From Candidatus Dojkabacteria bacterium (GTDB lineage: Bacteria; Patescibacteriota; Dojkabacteria; SC72), in contig DUTP01000002.1 in the NCBI GenBank assembly GCA_012842045.1, forward strand, positions 35,601 through 99,600: a stretch of 64,000 nucleotides of DNA. Direction: 5' to 3'. The notes beneath the pieces were generated by a model. It ran no database searches. It saw only the letters and a program-made list of their open reading frames with translations, and was not told the origin of the DNA. Below are positions 47,336 to 56,263 of the stretch, in pieces. Position 1 is the first letter of the stretch. Each line of letters starts with the position of its first letter. Both the position numbers and the translations under genes were made by a program.

Positions 47336-49776
47336 TGAAATTTAAGACTGCTCTGACGACAATTTGTTTTTTTCTTCTCTCTTTTTTACTTTTAAATACT
47401 TTTTCCTTTGCTTACAGTACTATTAGTATTCCAACAGAAGTTATAGTTGGTGTAGATGCATATTCACAACTTAGTCTAAGTCCTCAAAATGTTGAGATTT
47501 CTCAACCATCAGCTGTTTTGATACGGTCTTATGACTCTAACATGCAACCTAGACCAAACAGGGAGATAGAGATATTTATAGATGGCTCATCTGTAAATGT
47601 GACCATTGTGCAACCACCTAATACAGATGCTAATGGAGCTACTGAAGGTGCTGTAAGTGCTACTGTTGCGGGTACGTATAGAGTTTGTGCAAGAGATATT
47701 ACTGGAGGTGTTAGTGTTCAAATTCAAAAATGTGAGATACTCTATGTTACTCCTGTTGCAGTACCTGTTATGGCTGCAGAGCCTCAATATACTGCAGGTA
47801 CTGAGAATACAGTATCTTGGGGAATTACAGGAACAAATGCATATCAATATTATGTAGAGGTAAGTACTGAACCCAACTTTTCCACCATACACAATAGTAG
47901 TGGTTGGATAAGTGGTATCTCTACAACCTTTAGTGGTCTTTCTAGTGGTCAGATATACTACTATCGAGTAAAAGCTAGGAATCAATGGTTAGGAGAGAGT
48001 GTATGGTCAAATAGTGTGTATTCTGTACAGGAGGCCAGTGCACCACAGATAACATTAATAAACACATCGAAACCTCCAGGAGCAACCACGACAACGTTTA
48101 ACCCTGATTCCTTTGTTTCTTTGACATACAGAATTGTAGATAACATAGCTGTTGTTTCTAGAAGTATCGAAGTCATTCTGCCAAATGCTCAGAAGGTTTC
48201 TGTTCCATATTCGGATGTTTTAAATGGTGATGTATGGAATGTTAAAATAAGGCTTGGTGATTTACCAAAAGAAGAAGGCAATTTGTTTTCAGCTTACAGC
48301 TTCTATGTTGAAGCAGAAGATAATGTTGGCAACAAGAGTTGGGATAATTCCGCTAGTGTAAGCTTCCCAACACCAGAACCTGAAACTCCACCAACAAAGC
48401 CTGGAGAACCAGTAGTGATATCTGAAGGGTATACAGACACACCAACTTGGACATGGGTCCCTTCGTATGATAAGGATGGAAATGTTGTCACAGAATATAT
48501 TGTGGAATGGTGTCAAAATGAAGATTTCTCTAACTGTGAAGAAAATTCTGTCAGAATAGATCAGAATTCCTTTACACCATCATCTCCTCTTGCCATAGGT
48601 AATTGGTATATTCGAGTTAAGGGTGTAGATAAAAATGGTATGGAGAGTGAATGGGTGTTAGGTATGACAGAAATTAAAGAGAAGGAAGAAGAGCTAGAAC
48701 CAGAGATTCCAATTGATGATGAGGAACCGGAGAAACCTCAAATAAAGAAAATTATAGAATGGACCAGCAAGAATATTACTCAACCAATTGCTGATACAGT
48801 AGAGAAAATTGTCGAAAATACCATTGGTCAGTTAGAGCAAGAAGAGGTGGAAACAGTTGCAGTAGGAGCAACCTTAGCTAATGTAACACTGGGTATGACT
48901 ATGGTTCTCAATCTTTTAGGTACAGTACCATATATGATTATCCAAAGTTCTTTGGCTATCTTAAGCTTCTTTGGGTTTAGGGCTGTTGGAACAATCTCTG
49001 GTTATGTTTACGATTCCATTACAAAAGACCCACTTAAACAAGTTATTATTAGAGTCTATACAAAAGATGGTAAGTTAATTTGGACAGATGTTACAGATGC
49101 TCATGGTAGATACAAGACTCCAGAGATTGAAAATGGACAATATTATATTAGTGTTAGTGCCAATGGATTTTCTTTTCCTTCTTCTGTGATTACTGGTACA
49201 TCTGATTATCCATTAGAGAATGTATATAGAGGAGATACATTCTCAGTTTCAAATAAGGCTATTCCTAAGTTCTCAATTCCTCTGGATTCTCAGAAGGCAA
49301 CAAAGAGGGAGAGGATTAGTCAGATGTTCCTTTCTAGAACTAAATGGATTTGGAGAGTATTACATTTAATTCTTTTCTTAATAGGATTGATATTTAGTGT
49401 CTATGCGGTAAAGATAAACCCTGTTTGGTGGACCTATCTTATCCTTTTCCTCTATATTCCTTCTTTAGTTTTGATAATTCTATCTTTTAGAAGTAAGAAG
49501 GAGGAGTATGGTGTGATTAAAAATGAGGAAGGCAAATTAATTTCAGGTTTGGTTGTCTCCCTCTTAGATAGTGAGTTTGAGAATGTTGTGGCTACTAGAG
49601 TTACAGACAAGTCTGGGAGATACAGATTCTTGGTAGATAAAGGAAGTTACTCTATCATTATATCCAATCCTAATTATATTTTAGTTAATGAGGAGGAATA
49701 CAACAATATTTCTGTAACTTCAGATAAGACTTCTGTACTTGCTCCTAATTTGGTAGTGAAGAGAAAGAGTGATTAG
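47335..49776 (+). CDS. large surface protein: signal peptide, FN3-like repeats, TM segments and two carboxypeptidase-regulatory-like beta-sandwich domains
   Basis: YYRVKARNQW FN3 motif. ISGYVYDS...DAHGRYKTPEIENGQYYISV and ISGLVVSLLDS...DKSGRYRFLVDKGSYSI are CarbopepD_reg-like domains. Confidence 0.6.
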   Translation: MKFKTALTTICFFLLSFLLLNTFSFAYSTISIPTEVIVGVDAYSQLSLSPQNVEISQPSAVLIRSYDSNMQPRPNREIEIFIDGSSVNVTIVQPPNTDANGATEGAVSATVAGTYRVCARDITGGVSVQIQKCEILYVTPVAVPVMAAEPQYTAGTENTVSWGITGTNAYQYYVEVSTEPNFSTIHNSSGWISGISTTFSGLSSGQIYYYRVKARNQWLGESVWSNSVYSVQEASAPQITLINTSKPPGATTTTFNPDSFVSLTYRIVDNIAVVSRSIEVILPNAQKVSVPYSDVLNGDVWNVKIRLGDLPKEEGNLFSAYSFYVEAEDNVGNKSWDNSASVSFPTPEPETPPTKPGEPVVISEGYTDTPTWTWVPSYDKDGNVVTEYIVEWCQNEDFSNCEENSVRIDQNSFTPSSPLAIGNWYIRVKGVDKNGMESEWVLGMTEIKEKEEELEPEIPIDDEEPEKPQIKKIIEWTSKNITQPIADTVEKIVENTIGQLEQEEVETVAVGATLANVTLGMTMVLNLLGTVPYMIIQSSLAILSFFGFRAVGTISGYVYDSITKDPLKQVIIRVYTKDGKLIWTDVTDAHGRYKTPEIENGQYYISVSANGFSFPSSVITGTSDYPLENVYRGDTFSVSNKAIPKFSIPLDSQKATKRERISQMFLSRTKWIWRVLHLILFLIGLIFSVYAVKINPVWWTYLILFLYIPSLVLIILSFRSKKEEYGVIKNEEGKLISGLVVSLLDSEFENVVATRVTDKSGRYRFLVDKGSYSIIISNPNYILVNEEEYNNISVTSDKTSVLAPNLVVKRKSD

Positions 49777-49824
49777 AAATGTATTGAAAAAAACTCTGTT
49801 TATTATTATAATCTCTCTGTTTAT

Positions 49825-49897
49825 GGGTGCATAGCTCAATCGGTAGAGCAAACGACTCTTAATCGTTTGGTTCAGGGTTCGAGTCCCTGTGCACCCA
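49825..49897 (+). tRNA. tRNA-Lys (anticodon CTT)
   Basis: 73-nt cloverleaf. Acceptor GGGTGCA/TGCACCC, D-arm GCTC/GAGC, anticodon stem AACGA/TCGTT with loop CTCTTAA, T-arm CAGGG-TTCGAGT-CCCTG, discriminator A. CCA is not encoded. Confidence 0.9.
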
Positions 49898-49969
49898 TTT
49901 CTTGTAATAGTAATATTCAAAAGTCTTTCATTCTCTGGTCTTTGCAGTTATCCCTTACTATAATTAAGA

Positions 49970-50470
49970 ATGATGTCAGATGCATTAGAAGGAAACAAAC
50001 CTTTATTTATAAAAGAGCTATATTCAGCTCATAAGATGATATCAACAAGAAAAACTGTTACAGATAAACACACCAGCTATATTTCAGAATGGTTTAAACT
50101 ACTAAAACCTATTTCTTGGAAGATATTTCATATGCGTAATATAGATCAAATAGAGTGGAGAAGAATAGTAGATGAGGTTAATAAAAACATGGTTAAGACA
50201 GATAAAAACGAGAAAGAATTCATAAGGATAGAGAAGATAATGAAAGATAATACTAAAATATTAAAGCAGATTGTTTCTAAACAAGGTTGTATTACCATAT
50301 CAGAATTTGGATTAATTGCTAGTCATTGTGCTTGGTTAATAGTTCAACATTCAGATCATGATTTAGATTTTCAAAAAGAATATCTAAGGATTATGAAAGA
50401 GAATAGGGGAGATGTTTTAGAAAGAGATATTAATGCATTGGAGGGGAGGGTTGTGAATATTAATAATTAG
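49970..50470 (+). CDS. hypothetical protein (166 aa)
   Basis: ORF with normal composition immediately downstream of tRNA-Lys. No recognisable motif. Confidence 0.45.
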   Translation: MMSDALEGNKPLFIKELYSAHKMISTRKTVTDKHTSYISEWFKLLKPISWKIFHMRNIDQIEWRRIVDEVNKNMVKTDKNEKEFIRIEKIMKDNTKILKQIVSKQGCITISEFGLIASHCAWLIVQHSDHDLDFQKEYLRIMKENRGDVLERDINALEGRVVNINN

Positions 50471-50527
50471 ATTTAAAACTTTCTCATATACACATCTGTA
50501 CACCCTATAGTGTTTTGTTGGTAAAAA

Positions 50528-50536
50528 TGGTATAAT
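50528..50536 (+). promoter_or_regulatory. extended -10 TGGTATAAT upstream of the small membrane-protein gene
   Basis: Exact TGnTATAAT, 39 nt upstream of the ATG, followed by a strong SD AGGAGAG. Confidence 0.4.
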
Positions 50537-50574
50537 ATACTCTAGCACTTAAAAAAATAGAAAGGAGAGAGCAT

Positions 50575-50787
50575 ATGCATCCCGCATTTTATGCTTTTTT
50601 AGGAATAGGACTCTTCTTCCTATTCATCGGTATTATCTCGCCTGCTGGTAAGCAGGATATAAAGGGGAAACACTTCTACAGAGTACAGGACAGAGCTTTT
50701 GCAGAAGAGCCAAAAGCAACTTCCTACTTCGTCGCAGCCTGTCTCATTGCGATTGCAATTCTTATTGCATTCGGTGTGTTGTTTTAA
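50575..50787 (+). CDS. 70-aa two-TM small membrane protein
   Basis: Strong SD (aaaGGAGAGagcatATG), an extended -10 promoter, two hydrophobic helices and a downstream hairpin plus T-run. Confidence 0.55.
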   Translation: MHPAFYAFLGIGLFFLFIGIISPAGKQDIKGKHFYRVQDRAFAEEPKATSYFVAACLIAIAILIAFGVLF

Positions 50788-50868
50788 GTGTGAGCCTAAA
50801 GTTGGGGTTTATATATGAGTTAATTCTCTATCAAATCCTGTAAATCTTTAGGCACTTTTTTTATTAAT

Positions 50869-52506
50869 CTAAATCTTTTTACTCATATACAACTCACCTC
50901 TCTTGTATCCTAACTTCTTGTAATACTCTCTAGTGCCAATAGCAGAGATAACAGAAATTTTCTCAAAACCTTTCTTTTTAGAAATATCTTCCGCTATCTT
51001 TATCAACTCCTTACCTAATCCTAAATGCTGAGATTCTCCTTGTTTACTCTCTCTATCTATCCCTACAACCTTACCATAAACATGTACCTCTCTAATGATC
51101 GAAGTGTTTTGTAACTCCTCTAATCTGTGTTTTCTACTTAATACCTTTTTAGGTAAAAATAATCTTAAAAATCCACATATCTTATCACTCTTCTTTGTTT
51201 TGTATGAAATGAAAATATCTGTACCTACAGTACTCTTGTATGTAATCTTCTCTAACTTAATATCATCTTTAGAAATCTCCTCTCCCTTAATTTCTCTACT
51301 TCTAATATCTTGTGATTCAATTCCTTTCTTTTTTAAATACTCTTCAACAACCTCTCTTAGGTTAGTTTTCTTGTTTCCTGCTGCAATCTCTGTAGATGGA
51401 ATATCCCTAATTACTCTGGATAATCTACAATATCTAGGAGTGGACGCAATACACTCACCAACAACCCTTATCAATGTTCTCTCACTATATGGTTTATACT
51501 TTCCTTCTTTGTAAAGGTCATACAACTCGGTACCTTCAATGACTGAAGTAGGATAGATCTTCATCTCATCTGGATGATACGGTTCAGTAAATAACTCTTT
51601 GTATCCAGAAATATCTAACTTAGGTGTAGAGAGATAGAGATTGGGCATCCAATGACCATGTATCTTAAAGCCAAACATTCTTAACAATTCAAAAGCTCTT
51701 TTTGTATCTTCATTGTCTCTTCCAGTTTGATTCTCTCTCAATACCTTATCCGACAGCGATTGAATACCAATCTGTATCTTTGTAGCACCAAGTCTTCTGA
51801 GGTACATTAACTCTCCAACTGTGATAAAGTCAGGTCTTGTTTCAAGAACTAAACCTACATTTCTACAATATGCAGTTTCATTCTTAATCTGCTCCTTTTC
51901 TAAATCTTCCCAATCAGTCTGTTCCATTGCAAACTCTCTTGGTTGGATATATTCCTTTGTACTCTTCTTAACTCTGTTTAATGCTCTAAAACACTCCTTT
52001 ACAAACCATACCTTGTAATTACCATCATATGCAGAGAATGTACCACCTAGGATAATTAACTCAACCTTCTCAATATTATGACCAACATTCTTTAGTGCAA
52101 CCAACCTGTTATACACCTGTGCATACGGATCAAACTTCAACTTTAATGCTCTCTGTGCACCGGGTTCTGAAGCTATGTAACTTTTTGGTACACTTCTGTC
52201 ATTAGGACAGAATATACAGTTACCAGGACAGTAATAGGGCATAGTCATGACTGTAACAACAGCCACACCTGAATTAGTTCTAGTTGGTTTTAACCTGATT
52301 CTTTTTTCAATTAGAGATACATCTGTTTTTGAAAACACTTTTTTTACTAAATCAAACTTCTTTACTAGTTCATCGTTGCGATATATGGAGCCGTTCTTTT
52401 TTTTGTAGTTTCTTAGAATCTTGTTTAAAGATTTGTTTTCATCCCATTCTTTCTGAGAAGCAATGTCTGAAAAAATCTCTTTGATTCTATCTGTATTTTT
52501 ACTCAT
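50869..52506 (-). CDS. ELP3-like radical-SAM / GNAT protein (tRNA wobble-uridine modification family)
   Basis: Radical SAM cluster motif CPGNCIFC (CxxxCxxC) in the N-terminal half. C-terminal GNAT motifs (HLGLGKELIKIAEDISKKKGFEKISVISAIGTREYYKKLGY). 545 aa, as for archaeal/bacterial Elp3. Confidence 0.8.
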   Translation of the reverse strand: MSKNTDRIKEIFSDIASQKEWDENKSLNKILRNYKKKNGSIYRNDELVKKFDLVKKVFSKTDVSLIEKRIRLKPTRTNSGVAVVTVMTMPYYCPGNCIFCPNDRSVPKSYIASEPGAQRALKLKFDPYAQVYNRLVALKNVGHNIEKVELIILGGTFSAYDGNYKVWFVKECFRALNRVKKSTKEYIQPREFAMEQTDWEDLEKEQIKNETAYCRNVGLVLETRPDFITVGELMYLRRLGATKIQIGIQSLSDKVLRENQTGRDNEDTKRAFELLRMFGFKIHGHWMPNLYLSTPKLDISGYKELFTEPYHPDEMKIYPTSVIEGTELYDLYKEGKYKPYSERTLIRVVGECIASTPRYCRLSRVIRDIPSTEIAAGNKKTNLREVVEEYLKKKGIESQDIRSREIKGEEISKDDIKLEKITYKSTVGTDIFISYKTKKSDKICGFLRLFLPKKVLSRKHRLEELQNTSIIREVHVYGKVVGIDRESKQGESQHLGLGKELIKIAEDISKKKGFEKISVISAIGTREYYKKLGYKRGELYMSKKI

Positions 52507-52552
52507 ATTTCTGTTATCCTATATTATCTAATATTTTAAACATTCTTTCCAG

Positions 52553-53167
52553 ATGAAAAAACCAAAAATGGCACAAGAGAGAACATTGGTGTTACTTAAA
52601 CCAGATGTTTTACAAAGGCAGTTAGTAGGTGAGATACTTACTAGATTTGAGAGGAAAGGTATTAAGATGACTGCAATTAAGATGCTTAATGCAACTAAGG
52701 AGCAGGTAGGTGAGCACTATATTGATGAAGAAGGGTATTTAATTGAGACAGGTGAGAAGGCTAAGAAGGGTGCTATTGCAAGAGGTGAAGATATTAGTAA
52801 CTGGAATTCATTAGAACAAGGTAAGAAGATTAGACAGAGGAATATTAACTATCTTACATGTGGTCCAATTGTAGCTATTGTATTTGAAGGTTTTGGAGTT
52901 ATTACTCAGGTTAGGAAGATTTTAGGTAGTGCTAGTCCAGCAGATGGTGATATTGGTACTATTAGAGATGACTACTCACTGGATACATATGCTCTTGCAG
53001 ACTTTTTAGATAGGTCTACTATGACTATGTTACATGCTTCGGATTCTGTAGAGAATGCAGAAAGGGAACTAAAGATATGGTTTAAGGAGAGTGAGATATG
53101 TAATGATTATGAGACTGGTGTAGAGAAGATCTTCTATGATGCTGAGTGGACTAAGGGAAGTAGGTAG
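52553..53167 (+). CDS. ndk: nucleoside diphosphate kinase, long variant with internal insertions
   Basis: ERTLVLLKPDVLQRQLVGEILTRFERKGIKM ... GTIRDDY ... MLHASDSVENAERELKIWF match NDK motifs. At 204 aa it is about 40-50 aa longer than typical NDK. Confidence 0.8.
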   Translation: MKKPKMAQERTLVLLKPDVLQRQLVGEILTRFERKGIKMTAIKMLNATKEQVGEHYIDEEGYLIETGEKAKKGAIARGEDISNWNSLEQGKKIRQRNINYLTCGPIVAIVFEGFGVITQVRKILGSASPADGDIGTIRDDYSLDTYALADFLDRSTMTMLHASDSVENAERELKIWFKESEICNDYETGVEKIFYDAEWTKGSR

Positions 53168-53214
53168 ACTTTTAATTGTCAAGTTATTTGTCAACATAAT
53201 TGACAAGGTCTTCC

Positions 53215-53838
53215 TTACAACTTCAATATCTCATCTATAACTTCTTGCTTTTCTAATATATTTATTTTCTTCTTAGGAAGAGTAGATAAAAATTTCTTTA
53301 AAGCTTTAAAATCCTTCTTCATATCTTCTTTAAGATTAGGATTGTAAAGTGCAGCTGCAGGATGATACATAGCAAATATCGGAATACCTGTTGGATGTTC
53401 AAATGCTTGTCCATGAGAAGCTGTAATACTTGCACCTGGTACAAACCTACCTAATGCATGCCTTCCTAATGTTACAATTACCTTAGGTTTTACAAACACT
53501 AGTTCTGCATTCAGCCATACTCTACATGCATTCTTTTCATCATCTTGTGGATCTCTGTTAGAAGGAGGTCTGTATTTAACAATATTACTAACATATACCT
53601 CTTCTCTTGTATATCCAATACTTTGTAATAGTTCATCTAAGAATTTACCAGCAGAACCTACAAATGGTCTACCTTGTAGATCTTCATGTTTACCAGGAGC
53701 TTCACCTATGAAGAGTATTCCAGATGATGGGGGAGTTATTTCATATACTGGTTGGGTGGCTGTTTCTTTTAATCCACAATCATTATTTACAGCATAGTAC
53801 TCGTGTAGATCTTTGAGAGTTTTGAAATCAGTTTTCAT
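53215..53838 (-). CDS. family-4 uracil-DNA glycosylase
   Basis: GEAPGKHEDLQGRPFVGSAGKFLDELL (the GEAPG motif of UDG family 4/5) and a C-terminal HPAA region. Confidence 0.85.
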   Translation of the reverse strand: MKTDFKTLKDLHEYYAVNNDCGLKETATQPVYEITPPSSGILFIGEAPGKHEDLQGRPFVGSAGKFLDELLQSIGYTREEVYVSNIVKYRPPSNRDPQDDEKNACRVWLNAELVFVKPKVIVTLGRHALGRFVPGASITASHGQAFEHPTGIPIFAMYHPAAALYNPNLKEDMKKDFKALKKFLSTLPKKKINILEKQEVIDEILKL

Positions 53839-53892
53839 TAATTGATTATATCATTTTATATAGGAAGAATTATTGAAGAGACCTGTAGTATT

Positions 53893-53901
53893 TGTTATAA
53901 T
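53893..53901 (+). promoter_or_regulatory. extended -10 TGTTATAAT upstream of an unannotated small ORF
   Basis: TGnTATAAT, 45 nt upstream of the ATG at 53947. Confidence 0.35.
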
Positions 53902-53946
53902 GTTGGTGTGTATTAACAAAATTCAAAATCTCGAAAGGAGGATGAT

Positions 53947-54054
53947 ATGACAACTATGACAACCCAAATCATTGGTGTGGCAATATTGTTTTTATTATGG
54001 ATTACCACAATAGTGGTAGTTCTTAAGTTACAAAATAAAAAAGAATAAAGTCCT
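53947..54054 (+). CDS. unannotated 35-aa single-TM peptide (MTTMTTQIIGVAILFLLWITTIVVVLKLQNKKE)
   Basis: Near-perfect SD AAAGGAGG 6 nt upstream of the ATG, an extended -10 upstream, a hydrophobic core and a KK-rich C-terminus. Not in the ORF track because it is short. Confidence 0.45.
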
Positions 54055-54217
54055 TATTGTTAATACACCCCGAAAAGCTAAATCTTTGTACATATTTTTG
54101 TATAAGTCTTTTTAGTCTGAGTAGGGTTTCTTTCTTTTAATATTGTTCATATCCCTTAAAATTGATATATTTAAATAGTAGTGAAGGTTATGTATATAAC
54201 TTTTTACATAAATAACT

Positions 54218-55210
54218 ATGAAAGAAGAAAGTAATAATACAAAGAAACTTTCTTTAGATAAAAAGCAGATAATTCTGCTTGTTTTCTTAATATTTCTCAT
54301 CCTTATCTTCTCTGTCTTTCTCTATGTAAGAAAGAATAGAAATAGTGATACAAAACAGGATCAAGGAGAAGAGAAGATTGTTTCAGAATTAGAAGATGAA
54401 GAAGATTTAGGTGAGTCATTAGAGGAAGAGAATGTAGAAGAGGATATAGAAGAATCAACACCAGAATCAAGTAAATCAACAACACCATCTAAACCATCAG
54501 AATCTAAAGAACCTAAAAAGCCAGTTGAAGAAAAAACTCCAGAGAAACCAGATCCACCCAAGCCTCTCACTCCACGAGAGCAAGTTGAAAGTTTATGGAC
54601 TCCTGATGCTACGAGTGTAATTATAGATTCAAAAGAGACCATTACAATTAATGGTACAAAATATTTAACAGTAACAGTAAGAAGGGGAACACTTAAAGTT
54701 GGAGATACTCTTAAACAAACAGGTATTTGTGGGATAGTACCTGATGTCTCAACCAAAGTAAGGAGAATGATTAAGGCAGGAAAGTTGGTAAATTCTGCAA
54801 CTGTGTCAGAGTCAGTTGGTATTGCTATGGATAATGATTATTTCTACAAACGAGCAACCTTTGGTACAGATATGCAATTAGCTACTAAAGTAAAACTTAA
54901 AGTATATGTATTTACTAAGGAAGAAGGAAACTCGAAAGAACAATCTGTTGTAAATAATCAAGGTTATCTTCTTTCTTTCGTACCTGAAGACCCTTCGGGT
55001 AGAACCTTCATAACAGGAAACGGTACTCCTGTAATATCACAACCTATTAAACCTGGAGAAGTTGCAGAGATAGAGGTAAAGAAATTTATAATGCTTGGAG
55101 GTCCTGCTTTGTATGAACCAGGAACAAGAATAAAAGTTAAAGATCAGAATACTAATGAGCAGATAGGTATTGCAGTTATTACTGGATATCCACCATGTCC
55201 ACATAAATAG
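54218..55210 (+). CDS. membrane-anchored extracytoplasmic protein with an acidic/proline-rich linker
   Basis: N-terminal TM helix, an E/D/S/P-rich low-complexity linker, then a 200-aa globular domain. No family recognised. Confidence 0.55.
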   Translation: MKEESNNTKKLSLDKKQIILLVFLIFLILIFSVFLYVRKNRNSDTKQDQGEEKIVSELEDEEDLGESLEEENVEEDIEESTPESSKSTTPSKPSESKEPKKPVEEKTPEKPDPPKPLTPREQVESLWTPDATSVIIDSKETITINGTKYLTVTVRRGTLKVGDTLKQTGICGIVPDVSTKVRRMIKAGKLVNSATVSESVGIAMDNDYFYKRATFGTDMQLATKVKLKVYVFTKEEGNSKEQSVVNNQGYLLSFVPEDPSGRTFITGNGTPVISQPIKPGEVAEIEVKKFIMLGGPALYEPGTRIKVKDQNTNEQIGIAVITGYPPCPHK

Positions 55211-55250
55211 GGGTTAAAGAGTTAGTGTTGTAGAAGTATATACAGGGTTT

Positions 55251-55691
55251 TTACTTAGCAACCCAAAAAGTTACCTGTCCTATCTTTGTATTAGGATATA
55301 TCTTAACTGGTTGTACTACATGAATTGTTAGAGTAGGTCTCTGTATAGAACCAAGATCTATTAAATCAGCAGTAATATTTACAAAGATACCCAGTCTACC
55401 TGTGGATGACCTACCTTTGATAATGGGAACAAAGTGGTTACTACCAATTTTCTCTTTAGTCTTACCAATATATATTTTCTTGGGACTAAGTATTAAACCA
55501 CTAGGAGGTATCTTTATCTCCTCAAGAGGGTTTTCTTCAGTAGGATCTAATATATTCTTCTTGTATGTGTAGAGAGTATTATCAATATGAAAATCATATG
55601 AATTAGTCTCAACATCCTCAATGTTAAAAGGATCTATGATAATCCTTCCTTTTTTAACCTCTTTTTGTATCTCTTTACCTGTTAATATCAT
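55251..55691 (-). CDS. dCTP deaminase / dUTPase family protein (archaeal DCD-DUT type), copy 2
   Basis: MILTGKEIQKEVKKGRIIIDPF ... NSYDFHI ... GRSSTGRLGIFV ... KIGQVTFW parallels M. jannaschii DCD-DUT motifs (MILSDKDI...KRIIIKPF...SYDV...GRSSLGR...RIGQLIF). Confidence 0.8.
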   Translation of the reverse strand: MILTGKEIQKEVKKGRIIIDPFNIEDVETNSYDFHIDNTLYTYKKNILDPTEENPLEEIKIPPSGLILSPKKIYIGKTKEKIGSNHFVPIIKGRSSTGRLGIFVNITADLIDLGSIQRPTLTIHVVQPVKIYPNTKIGQVTFWVAK

Positions 55692-56203
55692 TTTTCGTTA
55701 TATAGTTGACTAGGATATGGTTCATTCTGCTCAGCATAGAACTCTGTTTTTTGTATATCAATATCTCCTTTTGGTATCCAGAATGTAACCTGTCCTACCT
55801 TCATATTAGGATATATTCTTAATCTTTGCACTACCTTTATTTCTAATGTCCATTTATGAGCTTTACCTAATTGTCCTAGATCTGCTGTAATTTGAAGAAA
55901 CATACCTAATTTAGCAATACTGTTTCTTCCTATGAGAGATGTTACAAACTTCTTACTTCCAATCTTTTCAACAGTTGTACCAAGATAGAGTTTGTTTGGT
56001 TCTAAAACAAATCCTCTTTTTGGTATAGTGAACTCCTTTATCTTAGGTTTTTTTCTTTTATCACCAACATCTTTTATCTCAATTAGTGTTGGACTTAGGG
56101 AGTATATATAGCTGTTAGGTTTGATGTTTTTTCTACTAAAAGGAGTTATTGTAATATTTCCTTTTTTTACTTCTTTTTCTATCTCTTTGGCAGTTAGTAT
56201 CAT
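55688..56203 (-). CDS. dCTP deaminase / dUTPase family protein, copy 1 (tandem paralogue)
   Basis: MILTAKEIEKEVKKGNITITPF ... NSYIYSL ... GRNSIAKLGMFL ... KVGQVTFW. Overlaps copy 2 by 4 nt (ATGA). Confidence 0.8.
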   Translation of the reverse strand: MILTAKEIEKEVKKGNITITPFSRKNIKPNSYIYSLSPTLIEIKDVGDKRKKPKIKEFTIPKRGFVLEPNKLYLGTTVEKIGSKKFVTSLIGRNSIAKLGMFLQITADLGQLGKAHKWTLEIKVVQRLRIYPNMKVGQVTFWIPKGDIDIQKTEFYAEQNEPYPSQLYNEK

Positions 56204-56263
56204 GCATCCATTATATATGTAAAATATATTGTATGAAAGAGATGATGTTTATAGGTGTAGACT

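Noticed and set aside
47587-48516. Several 60-130 aa ORFs on both strands inside the FN3 surface-protein gene
   Set aside because: All are nested in or antisense to the 813-aa ORF, with Cys/Ser-rich shadow composition.
49720-49920. 66-aa minus-strand ORF
   Set aside because: It overlaps the tRNA-Lys gene on the opposite strand, so the tRNA fold is the real feature.
54303-54756. Minus-strand ORFs of 61 and 131 aa inside the 54218-55210 gene
   Set aside because: Antisense to the acidic/Pro-rich linker region, and low-complexity Ser-rich. The plus-strand gene has the coherent domain structure.
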